A stretch of 53,396 bases of DNA, taken from the NCBI GenBank assembly GCA_027319565.1, contig DAHVNA010000009.1, positions 1 through 53,396 on the forward strand, written 5' to 3'. Shown here one piece after another: positions 18,779 to 27,878 of the stretch. The notes beneath the pieces are model-generated. The model saw only the letters and a program-made list of their open reading frames with translations. It ran no database searches and was not told where the DNA came from. The position numbers were made by a program, and so were the translations under genes. This DNA comes from Elusimicrobiota bacterium (GTDB lineage: Bacteria; Elusimicrobiota; Elusimicrobia; UBA1565; UBA9628). How positions within the stretch are numbered: position 1 is the first letter of the stretch; every line of letters begins with the position of its first letter.

Positions 18779-20023
18779 TTACGCGAGAACGGCCTCTTTC
18801 TGTTTAGAAGCGGATTCTTTAATAATCATCATCGCGATCTCATTTCTCTGAATCTGATTGGTGCCCTCATAGATTTGAGTGATCTTCGCGTCCCGCATAT
18901 ATTTCTCAATGGGGAAATCCCGCATATAGCCAATTCCGCCGCACATCTGAACGCAATCGGTCGCGACCTTCATCGCGGTGTCGGAACAAAGCACCTTGCA
19001 CATTCCGGATTCCTTGGTCCATCTCTTCACATTGAGTTTGTTCATCTCATCGTAGACGATGGTCTGATTTTGAACCGCGGCATCTATCGCCGGTTGCATG
19101 GCTTTGTCCATGGCTTTGGCCGTCGCGTAAAGAAGCGCGCGACCGGCTTCAAGAGCCGTCGCGCAATCGGCCAGCATATGTTGAATGGCCTGAAAACTGG
19201 CGATCGCTTGACCAAACTGTTTTCTTACTCTCACATAAGACAAGGTCTCATCCAACGCTCCTTGTCCGATGCCCAAGGCCTGCGCCGCGACTCCGGGGCG
19301 CGACATATCAAAGGTGTTCTGGGCCACAAAAAGGCCATAGCCTTCTTTATAGAGAACGTTTGATTTCGGAATTTTGCAGTTGTTAAAGACAAGCTCGTAA
19401 GTCGAAGAGGCGCGGATTCCCATTTTTTGCTCTTTTTTGCCGAACGAGAATCCCGGAGTCCCTTTTTCAACCACAAACGCCGTAATTCCGCGCGCGCCCC
19501 TGGCCGGATTGGTCGTCGCAAAAGTCGTATAGATCTCGGCGGCGTTTCCGCTCGAACAGAAGTTTTTGATTCCATTGACGATATAGTGGTCGCCTTCCAA
19601 TTTGGCCATGCATTTGGTCGCGGTCGCGTCCGAACCGGCACCCGGCTCGGTCAATGCGAAAGCTCCCAAGCGCTTTCCCGAGGCCAAATCGGGAATCCAT
19701 CTTTTTCTCTGTTCGGCATTGCCAAAGAGCAGAATCGGTATAGCGCAAAGGCCCGAAGCCGCCATGGAAAGAGCGATTCCGCCGCAAGCGCGGGACAGCT
19801 GCTCGACCACCAGCACGAAATCCATCGTGCCGCCGCCAAGACCGCCGTATTCCTGGGGGAGATAAACGCCAAATAAATCCGATTTTCTCATCTCTTCGAT
19901 AATCGGCCACGGAAATTCTTCGGTTTGATCGTAATGCTCGCGAACCGGCCTAATTTTTTGTTGGCCTAACTGATAAGCCAAAGACGCCACTTCCTGTTGC
20001 TGTTCATTTAATTCGTAGTCCAT
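18779..20023 (-). CDS. Acyl-CoA dehydrogenase
   Basis: FALTEPGAGSD, KMGIRAS, RKQFGQ, GGIGY, RDAKITQIYEGTNQIQR. Confidence 0.95.
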   Translation of the reverse strand: MDYELNEQQQEVASLAYQLGQQKIRPVREHYDQTEEFPWPIIEEMRKSDLFGVYLPQEYGGLGGGTMDFVLVVEQLSRACGGIALSMAASGLCAIPILLFGNAEQRKRWIPDLASGKRLGAFALTEPGAGSDATATKCMAKLEGDHYIVNGIKNFCSSGNAAEIYTTFATTNPARGARGITAFVVEKGTPGFSFGKKEQKMGIRASSTYELVFNNCKIPKSNVLYKEGYGLFVAQNTFDMSRPGVAAQALGIGQGALDETLSYVRVRKQFGQAIASFQAIQHMLADCATALEAGRALLYATAKAMDKAMQPAIDAAVQNQTIVYDEMNKLNVKRWTKESGMCKVLCSDTAMKVATDCVQMCGGIGYMRDFPIEKYMRDAKITQIYEGTNQIQRNEIAMMIIKESASKQKEAVLA

Positions 20024-20032
20024 AATTTCTCC

Positions 20033-20767
20033 TTAGCGAGCCTTTTTTTGACTCTCTTCTTTAATTGATTTTAAAGCTTCTCGCGCGGCATTTTGTTCCG
20101 CCGCTTTCTTGTTTTTTCCCCGCCCGCAACCGCGGATGATTCCTCCGATGTCGACAGTGACCTCGAAGGTCTTATCATGATCCGGACCCACCATTTTTAT
20201 AATCTGATAGACTGGCGTAATTCTCGATTTCTTTTGGGCATATTCCTGGAGTTCGCTTTTATAATCGGATTCGCCTTCAAGCGGTTCTTTACCCATCTCA
20301 AGAAGGCGGCGGATGAATTTTTCGACGGCGGGGTATCCGCCGTCCAAATAAATCGCCCCAATCAAAGCCTCCAAAGCGTTTCCCAATAAGCTTGGCCGTG
20401 AGCGACCGCCTGACTGTTCCTCGCCGACCCCTAAGTAGAGATACGCGCCAAGGTTAATCCGCGCCGCCCACCGCGCCAAACTCAGACGAGAAACGATCCG
20501 AGATTTGCGTTTTGAAAGATGTCCTTCATCCTCATCTGGGTATTCCAGGTAAAGGTGATGCGCGACCACTGTCGAAAGGACGCTGTCTCCCAAGAATTCC
20601 AGACGCTCATTGCAGGCGCTGTCGCCCGATTCGGCGGCGTAAGAGCGGTGCGAAAGGGCTTCTTTGAGGAGAGTCGCAGAAGAAAAGCGATAACCGATAA
20701 CCCTCTCTAAAGGAGGGTTATCGGCTGTATTCCCCAGAAAAGCACCATCCTCGGGGACAAGCGTCAT
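20033..20767 (-). CDS. rnc: Ribonuclease III
   Basis: NERLEFLGDSVL signature, EALIGAIYLDGG, dsRBD with DYKSELQE...AEQNAA. Confidence 0.96.
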   Translation of the reverse strand: MTLVPEDGAFLGNTADNPPLERVIGYRFSSATLLKEALSHRSYAAESGDSACNERLEFLGDSVLSTVVAHHLYLEYPDEDEGHLSKRKSRIVSRLSLARWAARINLGAYLYLGVGEEQSGGRSRPSLLGNALEALIGAIYLDGGYPAVEKFIRRLLEMGKEPLEGESDYKSELQEYAQKKSRITPVYQIIKMVGPDHDKTFEVTVDIGGIIRGCGRGKNKKAAEQNAAREALKSIKEESQKKAR

Positions 20768-20801
20768 TAGCTCTCCGCCCGCCGACATGGGGGCGCAATC
20801 G

Positions 20802-21056
20802 CTATTTCTTCGCGTGCGCTGTGACGTAGTCGATCGCTTGGCCGACGGTCTGGATTTTCTCCGCTTGATCGTCGGGAATTTCGGTGTCAAATTCTTCTTC
20901 GAGCGCCATGACCAACTCGACGGTATCCAAAGAATCTGCGCCTAGATCGTTGACGAAATGGGCTTGGGGAGTCACTTCTCCCGGATCAACGCCCAATTGC
21001 TCAACAATGATTTTTTTCACGCGATCACTAATGCTGCCGCTTGCTGTTTCAGTCAT
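20802..21056 (-). CDS. acpP: Acyl carrier protein
   Basis: [20 protein letters not shown]. Confidence 0.97.
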   Translation of the reverse strand: MTETASGSISDRVKKIIVEQLGVDPGEVTPQAHFVNDLGADSLDTVELVMALEEEFDTEIPDDQAEKIQTVGQAIDYVTAHAKK

Positions 21057-21072
21057 GTTTCCCCCTAGTTTT

Positions 21073-21858
21073 TTACATGTACCCGCCGCCGTTCACATTT
21101 AGAACGTGGCCAGTAATATACGACGAATCCTCTGACGCTAAGAACAAAACGGCCTTGGCGATTTCTATAGGCTCTCCAATCCGACCAAGAAGAACGCTGG
21201 ATAAAAATTTCTGTTTTTCCGATTCGGGCACCATATCGGTCATACGAGTTTTGACAAAGCCCGGCGCGACGGCGTTACAAAGGATGTTGCGGGAAGCGAA
21301 CTCTCTGGCGCAGGACTTCGTAAAGGCGATCAAGCCTCCTTTAGAAGCCGCATAATTGGCCTGACCGGCATTGCCTTCCTCTCCGATAACCGAGGCGATA
21401 TTGACAATGCGCCCATAGTGGGCCTTGAGCATTGGGCGCACCACCGCTTTCGTGAAATTAAAAGGGCCTTTTAAATTGATATTGAGAACCATATCCCAAT
21501 CGGCGTCGGACATTCTCATCAGCAAATTATCTCGGGTGACGCCGGCATTGTTAACAAGGATATCAATTTTCCCGAATTTCGCGATCGTTTGCTTGACTAC
21601 TTCCTCGCAGGAATCAAATTTAGTGACATCGCAAGCCAGACCTAATGACTCAAAACCTTTTGAGGAAAAATCTTGGGCGGCCGCGGAAACTTTCTGACCA
21701 TCCACGTCAACCAAAACAACCTTGGCTCCTTCTTTTAAAAAGAGATCCGCAATCGCAAGGCCAATTCCCTGGGCCGAACCTGTAACAATCGCGACCCGGT
21801 CTTTCAGTCTTTGATGGGACACAGCCGAAGATTTATTTTCCGCCATTGTGGTTTCCAT
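21073..21858 (-). CDS. fabG: 3-oxoacyl-ACP reductase
   Basis: [34 protein letters not shown]; adjacent to acpP. Confidence 0.95.
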   Translation of the reverse strand: METTMAENKSSAVSHQRLKDRVAIVTGSAQGIGLAIADLFLKEGAKVVLVDVDGQKVSAAAQDFSSKGFESLGLACDVTKFDSCEEVVKQTIAKFGKIDILVNNAGVTRDNLLMRMSDADWDMVLNINLKGPFNFTKAVVRPMLKAHYGRIVNIASVIGEEGNAGQANYAASKGGLIAFTKSCAREFASRNILCNAVAPGFVKTRMTDMVPESEKQKFLSSVLLGRIGEPIEIAKAVLFLASEDSSYITGHVLNVNGGGYM

Positions 21859-21874
21859 AACAACCCCCTAGTTG

Positions 21875-21907
21875 ATGTTGCAAAATTTAAACCCGGCATT
21901 GCAACAT
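21875..21907. promoter_or_regulatory. 9-bp inverted repeat ATGTTGCAA-N15-TTGCAACAT in the fabG/cbiX divergent promoter region
   Basis: Direct reading of the sequence; function inferred. Confidence 0.45.
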
Positions 21908-21958
21908 TCATTTCGATTTTAAAAAAACATCCGCTAAAAATAGATATACTATATTGTG

Positions 21959-22462
21959 ATGAAAAAATACACCATCTTAGTCGGGCACGGCGCCGTTCCC
22001 AAGGACGCGCCTAAATCCTTAGTGGAAGAATTTAAGCGTTTAGAGAGAACTTCGCCAGGTTCTCCCGAACTGAGAGAGGTTGACCAGAAGTTGCGAAACT
22101 GGCCGAGAACGCCCCAAACCGACCCTTATAAAGAAGGCCTTGAGAAAATTGCGAAGTCTCTCCAGAAGCGCATGCCCGGCCACTCAGTGCTTGAGGCCTA
22201 TAACGAGTTTTGTTCACCCAGTCTGGAAGAAGCTTTAGAATTTGCCGCCCGCCAAGGGGCTGAGAGCATCACTGTGATTCCGACCATGTTTACCCGGGGC
22301 GGCATTCACAGCGAGACGGAGATTCCCGATATCATCAAGAAGTTTTCAAAAGAGCGCCCCGAGATTTCGACGAATTACGTCTGGCCATTTGATCTAGAAA
22401 CTATCGCCGCGATGTTGTCCGAAGAGATTAATCGCGTCGAAAAACCCGCGGTCTCTTCTTAA
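21959..22462 (+). CDS. CbiX/SirB-family class II chelatase (single domain)
   Basis: ILVGHG, AYNEFCSPSLEEAL, VIPTMFTRGGIHSETEIP. Confidence 0.85.
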   Translation: MKKYTILVGHGAVPKDAPKSLVEEFKRLERTSPGSPELREVDQKLRNWPRTPQTDPYKEGLEKIAKSLQKRMPGHSVLEAYNEFCSPSLEEALEFAARQGAESITVIPTMFTRGGIHSETEIPDIIKKFSKERPEISTNYVWPFDLETIAAMLSEEINRVEKPAVSS

Positions 22463-22487
22463 TTAATTTTAGTTTTGCCGCGAGCTC

Positions 22488-24323
22488 ATGGAGAAACCAA
22501 CCCTCCTTTACGACGGAGACTGTTATTTCTGCCGAAGCTGGGTTGCGCGCTGGAAAAAAACCTCCCAAGGCCGCGTTGAATTCCGCGCTTATCAGGAAGC
22601 TGGGCATCTATTTCCGGAGATTCCACCGAAAGATTTTGAATCCGCAATCCAGCTCATTGATTCCCATCAACGTTTTTCGGGCGCAGAAGCTATTTTTAGA
22701 ACCCTCGCCCTAGGCGGGAAAAAATGGCCTCTTTTTCTCTATCAAAAACTCCCACTTTTTAAGCCTCTCAGCGAAGGAAGCTATCGCCTTATCGCTTCTC
22801 GCCGCGGTTTTTTTTCTAGGATTACTAGGCTTTTGTGGGGACATCATCTGGAAAAGCCGGGATACGCGTTTTCTTCCTGGGTTTTTACGCGACTTCTGGG
22901 CGCCGCTTATTTTTTCGCTTTTGGAGCGCTCATATTTCAATGGAAGGGTCTGTGGTCGAGAGAAGGAATACTCCCCTCTGGGATTTATCTTGACGCGCTA
23001 AAATCTCACCTGGGGTTTAAGGCCTATTTTTTTTCTCCCACCCTTTGCTGGATATTCCGCCAAGACGCATTTTTAGGCTTTTTAGCGTGGGGCGGCGCCC
23101 TTTTTTCCTTATTAATAGCCTGCGGAATCTGGGAGGGCCCTTCCATTTTAATGTGTTGGCTTTTCTACTCTTCCTTGGTCGGAGTAGGGCAGGACTTTCT
23201 CAGTTTCCAATGGGATATCCTGCTTTTGGAAACGAGCCTTATCGCCTGTTGGATGTTTCCATGGAGATTTTGGAGAGGCCTTGAAATTGAAGAACCCCGA
23301 GTAATCCCACGAATTCTCTTAACGCTTTTGTTGTTTAAACTTTTTTTCGAGTCCGGCTTGGTCAAGGTTTTAAGCGGAGACCCCACCTGGAGTAATTTTA
23401 CGGCGCTGTTTTACCATTACCAAACCCAGCCGCTCCCGACCTGGATTGGTTGGTGGGCCGCCCAATGTCCCCATTGGTTTCTTGAAATCTCCGTGGCGGC
23501 CGTTTTAGCCATCGAGTTGGGAACGCCTTTTCTGCTGTTTTTCCCCCGCCGGGTCAAAATGTTGGGAGGAACGCTCATGATTTTCCTTCAAACCTTGATT
23601 GCCCTGACCGGAAACTACGGTTTTTTTAATTGGCTCGCGATCGCCCTTTGCGTTCTTTGTTTCGACGATTTTTTCTTTCAAAACTTTTTTCGAAAATGGA
23701 GCTTAAAATTTCGCCTAATTACCGCAGAATCTCAGCTCCCAGGATGGAAAAAAGCGCTTCTCTTTTCTTTTGCCGGGCTGTGGGGAATTCTCTCTTTGAC
23801 GCAATTGACGGAAATGATCAGGCCTCAAGCGGCGCCCCAAATCCTTGAACGAATGGATGCCGCTTTAAGCCCGCTTCATATCGCCAGTTCCTATGGCCCT
23901 TTCGCGGTGATGACGACCCATCGCTACGAAATCGTCATCCAGGGAAGCGCGGATGGAATCGCTTGGGAAGACTACGATTTTAAATGGAAGCCGCAGGATC
24001 TTAGCCGCGCGCCCTCTTTCATCGAGCCCTATCAGCCGAGGCTTGACTGGCAAATGTGGTTTGAGGCCCTCGAGCCGTATCAAAGACGCTCCTGGTTTAC
24101 CGCGTTTCTGGTGCGGCTGCTTGAAGGTTCTCCCAGCGTATTGTCTCTTTTAAAAAGCAACCCTTTTATCGCGGGTCCGCCCAAATACGTGCGCGCTCTC
24201 TTTTACGAATATCATTTCACGACGCCCAAGGAACGCCGTTTGAGCGGACATTGGTGGAAACGGGAATTTAAAGGGGCCTATTGCCCTATTTTAGCCTTAC
24301 AAGGAGATCAAAATGGCTCTTAG
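22488..24323 (+). CDS. Lipase maturation factor (LMF1) family membrane protein with N-terminal DCC1/DUF393 thiol-disulfide domain
   Basis: LYDGDCYFC; FLSFQWDILLLET, HYQTQPLP, TGNYGFFNWL, PYQPRLDWQMWF. Confidence 0.9.
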   Translation: MEKPTLLYDGDCYFCRSWVARWKKTSQGRVEFRAYQEAGHLFPEIPPKDFESAIQLIDSHQRFSGAEAIFRTLALGGKKWPLFLYQKLPLFKPLSEGSYRLIASRRGFFSRITRLLWGHHLEKPGYAFSSWVFTRLLGAAYFFAFGALIFQWKGLWSREGILPSGIYLDALKSHLGFKAYFFSPTLCWIFRQDAFLGFLAWGGALFSLLIACGIWEGPSILMCWLFYSSLVGVGQDFLSFQWDILLLETSLIACWMFPWRFWRGLEIEEPRVIPRILLTLLLFKLFFESGLVKVLSGDPTWSNFTALFYHYQTQPLPTWIGWWAAQCPHWFLEISVAAVLAIELGTPFLLFFPRRVKMLGGTLMIFLQTLIALTGNYGFFNWLAIALCVLCFDDFFFQNFFRKWSLKFRLITAESQLPGWKKALLFSFAGLWGILSLTQLTEMIRPQAAPQILERMDAALSPLHIASSYGPFAVMTTHRYEIVIQGSADGIAWEDYDFKWKPQDLSRAPSFIEPYQPRLDWQMWFEALEPYQRRSWFTAFLVRLLEGSPSVLSLLKSNPFIAGPPKYVRALFYEYHFTTPKERRLSGHWWKREFKGAYCPILALQGDQNGS

Positions 24324-25107
24324 AATTCTCATTACCGGAGCCTCTTCCGGCATTGGACGCGCGATGGCCGTTCAACTGGCGAAAGAAAAAAATAAAATCG
24401 CCATCACCGGAAGGCGAGAAGACAAATTGCGGGAAACGGCCGAAGAAATTAAAAAAGCGGGCGGAGAAGCGCTGTTGTTGTCCGGAGACACCTCCGAGCC
24501 TCAAACCGTCACCAGGCATTACGGCGAGATTCGTGAAAAATGGGGCGGCCTTGATTGGGCCATTCTCAATGCCGGCATTAGCCTCAGAAACCCGGGAAAT
24601 CATTTTTCCGCTGATATCTACAAAAAAACTTTTGAAACCAATGTGTTTGGCGCCGCTTATTGGCTTGAAGCCGTCATCCCCGACATGGTCAAAGCCAAAA
24701 ACGGCGTTATCGCGGGCATTTCAAGTCTCGCCAGCTTTGTCGGGCTTCCGCAATCGGGGGCCTATTCTTCAAGCAAAGCGGCTCTTTTGATTCTCCTGGA
24801 ATCCCTGCGGGTTGACTTAGCCGCGTTTAATGTTTCAGTGGTTACAATCTGCCCCGGATTCATCAAAAGCGAGATGACCGACAAAAACGACCCGCGGGAT
24901 ATGGTTTTTGTTTTGGACGCCGAAATCGGCGCGAAAAAAATCATCGACGCGATTAAAAAGAAAAAACGCCTGTTTTATTTTCCTTGGCCGCTCGCGATTC
25001 CGATGACGTGTATTTTGCCGAACCTCCCTCGAGGCGTTTACGATTTCATCGCCCAACACGCCATCAAAAGGCGTCTTAAAAAAGACGAGCAAAAAGCGGC
25101 TCCGTAA
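24313..25107 (+). CDS. Short-chain dehydrogenase/reductase
   Basis: ITGASSGIG, LNAG, YSSSK, ICPGFIKS. Confidence 0.92.
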   Translation: MALRILITGASSGIGRAMAVQLAKEKNKIAITGRREDKLRETAEEIKKAGGEALLLSGDTSEPQTVTRHYGEIREKWGGLDWAILNAGISLRNPGNHFSADIYKKTFETNVFGAAYWLEAVIPDMVKAKNGVIAGISSLASFVGLPQSGAYSSSKAALLILLESLRVDLAAFNVSVVTICPGFIKSEMTDKNDPRDMVFVLDAEIGAKKIIDAIKKKKRLFYFPWPLAIPMTCILPNLPRGVYDFIAQHAIKRRLKKDEQKAAP

Positions 25108-25142
25108 AACGAACCCTCAAAAATGTTAGAATAGCCCCAGTT

Positions 25143-25219
25143 GGGGTCGTGGTGTAGTTGGCTAACACGCCGCCCTGTCAAGGCGGAGATCGCGGGTTCA
25201 AGTCCCGTCGGCCCCGCCA
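25143..25219 (+). tRNA. tRNA-Asp (GTC)
   Basis: Acceptor stem GGGGTCG/CGGCCCC, anticodon arm CCGCC-CTGTCAA-GGCGG, T-loop GGTTCAAGTCC, encoded CCA end; extended -10 TGtTAGAAT upstream. Confidence 0.97.
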
Positions 25220-25290
25220 GTTCTTTCCCGACGTTCAAAAAAACCCCGATTTAAAGACAAATCGCTTCTCCAAAAAGGTAGAATAGACCC

Positions 25291-26040
25291 ATGAGTTCCG
25301 TTCAAAACGCGACTATGGAAATGGAAGAGAAAAAACTCGATCTGCGGGAAAAAGGCAGCATTAAAGACGGCCAGGCGCAGTTTCTGGATGAGAGGTTGTT
25401 TATTCAGATTCAGGTTTTCACCGGATGCGAGGACCTAAAAGCCTTAATCCCTTCCCTTGAAAAATCAAACATCCCAGCCGTTCTTTACGAAAGCCTGCAT
25501 GATCCAAAGGGAATTGGGCTTTTGACTATGAGCAAAAATCCCGCGGATTTTTTCACCCGCGCGCGCGGCCTTTTTGCCTTAAGTCCCTGGAAGGAATTAT
25601 CTCTTAAGCCCGGCTATTCTTTTTTTGGCCGCACGTATTCCCTGGGATATGAGCCGAATCTGGAAGACTGGCTCTTGAAGCGCCCAAAGCGCGTGGTTTT
25701 AGACGAGCAATTTCCCTGGGCCGTGTGGTATCCGCTCAGAAGGACCGGAGCTTTCTCCCGGTTAGCTCATCAGGAACAAATGCAGATTTTAAAAGAACAT
25801 GGTCAAATCGGCCGCCTCTTTGGAGATTCGGGCCTAGCCCAGGACATACGGCTGTCTTGCACGGGTCTTGACCCAAACGACAACGATTTTGTCATCGGTC
25901 TCATCGGCAAAGAGCTTTTCCCCCTCTCGGCTTTAGTGGAAAAAATGAGGCCGACACAACAAACCTCGACCTACATCCAAAACATGGGACCCTTTTTTAT
26001 AGGACGGGCAGTCTGGAAAAGCCCAAAAACGGAGGATTAA
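25291..26040 (+). CDS. Chlorite dismutase/HemQ (ChdC) family heme-binding protein
   Basis: WYPLRR, LKEHGQIG (proximal His), CTGLDPNDNDFVIG, MGPFFIGR. Confidence 0.8.
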   Translation: MSSVQNATMEMEEKKLDLREKGSIKDGQAQFLDERLFIQIQVFTGCEDLKALIPSLEKSNIPAVLYESLHDPKGIGLLTMSKNPADFFTRARGLFALSPWKELSLKPGYSFFGRTYSLGYEPNLEDWLLKRPKRVVLDEQFPWAVWYPLRRTGAFSRLAHQEQMQILKEHGQIGRLFGDSGLAQDIRLSCTGLDPNDNDFVIGLIGKELFPLSALVEKMRPTQQTSTYIQNMGPFFIGRAVWKSPKTED

Positions 26041-26043
26041 ACG

Positions 26044-26493
26044 ATGACTCAGCCAACCGCGGAAAAACGCATTTTTAAAATCAAGATGTCCAAGCGATGC
26101 TTTCGCTTTAAACCCGAGGCTTTGATGAACCACGCCCCGCACGCTCCGGGAATTTATGAGTTCGTGGTTTTTGACGCCCAGGGAAACGGGACTATTCTCT
26201 ACGTCGGTTTGGCTCTTCCGCCCTTGACCATCCATGAAGCGCTCAGGCGACATTTGGAAAACGAGATGTCTCCCAAAGCCGAAGTTCTTTTCCAGAAAAC
26301 TCCCGATGTCTACTTTGATTATGTCGCCGGTGGAGATATCGAATCGACAGATGACCTCAAGGATATCGCCTCTTCTCTCTTTCAAAAAAACAAGCCCGTC
26401 CTCAACGAAAAGCCGTGGGACGCTTCCGGACGATACGCATCCGTTGAGACAGAAGAAATGGAGCAGGGCCCTGGCGGAGGCTGCCGCTCATAA
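26044..26493 (+). CDS. Hypothetical protein with a GIY-YIG-like fold
   Basis: PHAPGIYEF...ILYVGLA...KPVLN pattern; sits between two genes with tight spacing. Confidence 0.6.
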   Translation: MTQPTAEKRIFKIKMSKRCFRFKPEALMNHAPHAPGIYEFVVFDAQGNGTILYVGLALPPLTIHEALRRHLENEMSPKAEVLFQKTPDVYFDYVAGGDIESTDDLKDIASSLFQKNKPVLNEKPWDASGRYASVETEEMEQGPGGGCRS

Positions 26494-26504
26494 AGGAGAA
26501 AGCC

Positions 26505-27878
26505 ATGGCTTCTTATAAAAAAATTCAAGTTCCTCAGGAAGGGAAAAAAATCGAATTAAAAAACGGAAAACTGTCCGTTCCCGATTTCCCCATCATTCCC
26601 TTTTTCGCCGGAGACGGAACCGGCCCCGATATCTGGCGGGCGACCCGGCATGTTTTAGATCAAGCTGTTAAGACCGCTTACTCCGGCAAGAAAAAAATCG
26701 TCTGGATGGAAATTTATGCCGGGCTCTCGGCCCTCAAGCGCTACGATAAAGACACTGTTTTACCGCAGGAGACCTTGGACGCCATCAATGAATTTCGCGT
26801 CGCGATAAAAGGTCCCCTCACCACCCCGGTCGGCGGACACAAATTCGTCTGTCTGGTCTGTTCGGCCGAGCAAAACGAGGAAAACGGGCGGCGTCCGGAA
26901 AAATGCGTTAAATGCGGTTCCGAATGGGTCACGCCGCGTTTTCGTTCCGTCAACGTTCAACTGAGGCAAAAGCTGGATCTTTACGCCTGCGTCAGGCCCG
27001 TTCGCTGGTTTAAAGGCGTTCCCTGCCCGGTCAAAGAGCCGGAAAAATTTAACATCGTCATCTTCCGCGAGAATACCGAGGATGTCTATGCGGGCATTGA
27101 ATTTGAGAATGGAACTCCGGAACAAAAAAAGGTCTATGAATTTTTGACCAAGGAAATGGGAAAAAAATTTAACGCCGACAGCGGGATTGGAATTAAACCC
27201 ATCTCCAAAACCGGCACCCAGCGTTTGGTGCGAATGGCCATTCAATACGCCGTCGATCACCAAAAGCCGTCGGTCACCATTGTTCACAAGGGCAATATCC
27301 AGAAATTTACCGAAGGCGCCTTCCGCGATTGGGGATATGAAGTTGCCAAGACCGAGTTCCGGGATAAAATCGTCACCGAGGCGGAGTTGTGGGATAAACA
27401 CAACGGGAAAATGCCCGCGGGAAAAATCCTCATTAAAGACCGCATCGCCGACCAAACCTTTCAGCAGCTCCTCTTAAGGCCCGATGAATACAGCGTTTTG
27501 GCGACGCCCAACCTCAACGGCGATTATATTTCAGACGCGGCCGCGGCCCAGGTCGGAGGTTTGGGAATTGCCCCCGGCGCCAATATCGGGGATCAAGCGG
27601 CTCTCTTTGAAGCGACCCACGGCACCGCGCCGAAATATACCGACAAGGACATGGTCAACCCCGGCTCATTAATTTTGTCGGGAGTCATGATGCTTGAGCA
27701 TCTCGGCTGGCAGGAAGCGGCGAACTTAATTGTCTTGGCTCTTGAACAGACGATTCAAGATAAAACCGTGACCTATGATCTTGAACGCCAGATGACGGGG
27801 GCCAAGAAACTCAAAACCTCCGAATTCGGGGAAGCCATCGCTCGCCACATGGGAAAAGCGGCTTCTGTTGCGGCGTGA
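26505..27878 (+). CDS. icd: Isocitrate dehydrogenase (NADP, E. coli-type dimeric) with a Cys4 insertion
   Basis: [79 protein letters not shown]. Confidence 0.96.
   Translation: MASYKKIQVPQEGKKIELKNGKLSVPDFPIIPFFAGDGTGPDIWRATRHVLDQAVKTAYSGKKKIVWMEIYAGLSALKRYDKDTVLPQETLDAINEFRVAIKGPLTTPVGGHKFVCLVCSAEQNEENGRRPEKCVKCGSEWVTPRFRSVNVQLRQKLDLYACVRPVRWFKGVPCPVKEPEKFNIVIFRENTEDVYAGIEFENGTPEQKKVYEFLTKEMGKKFNADSGIGIKPISKTGTQRLVRMAIQYAVDHQKPSVTIVHKGNIQKFTEGAFRDWGYEVAKTEFRDKIVTEAELWDKHNGKMPAGKILIKDRIADQTFQQLLLRPDEYSVLATPNLNGDYISDAAAAQVGGLGIAPGANIGDQAALFEATHGTAPKYTDKDMVNPGSLILSGVMMLEHLGWQEAANLIVLALEQTIQDKTVTYDLERQMTGAKKLKTSEFGEAIARHMGKAASVAA

Noticed and set aside
21881..21894. Sigma54 promoter (GG-N10-GC on the minus strand) for fabG
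   Set aside because: The -24 element (GGGTTT) does not match TGGCAC; likely chance.
22488..24323. DCC1/DUF393-LMF fusion as novel
   Set aside because: I recognise this domain fusion as already occurring in bacteria.
25220..26493. Integrative element at tRNA-Asp
   Set aside because: No integrase and no duplicated tRNA 3' end noticed; downstream genes are metabolic.
26044..26493. Active homing endonuclease or UvrC
   Set aside because: Too short, apparently lacks the catalytic Arg and Glu, and has no DNA-binding or UvrC C-terminal domains.
26838..26939. IDH insertion as an intein or intron
   Set aside because: Only 34 aa, in frame, with no N-terminal Cys/Ser or C-terminal His-Asn splice motifs.
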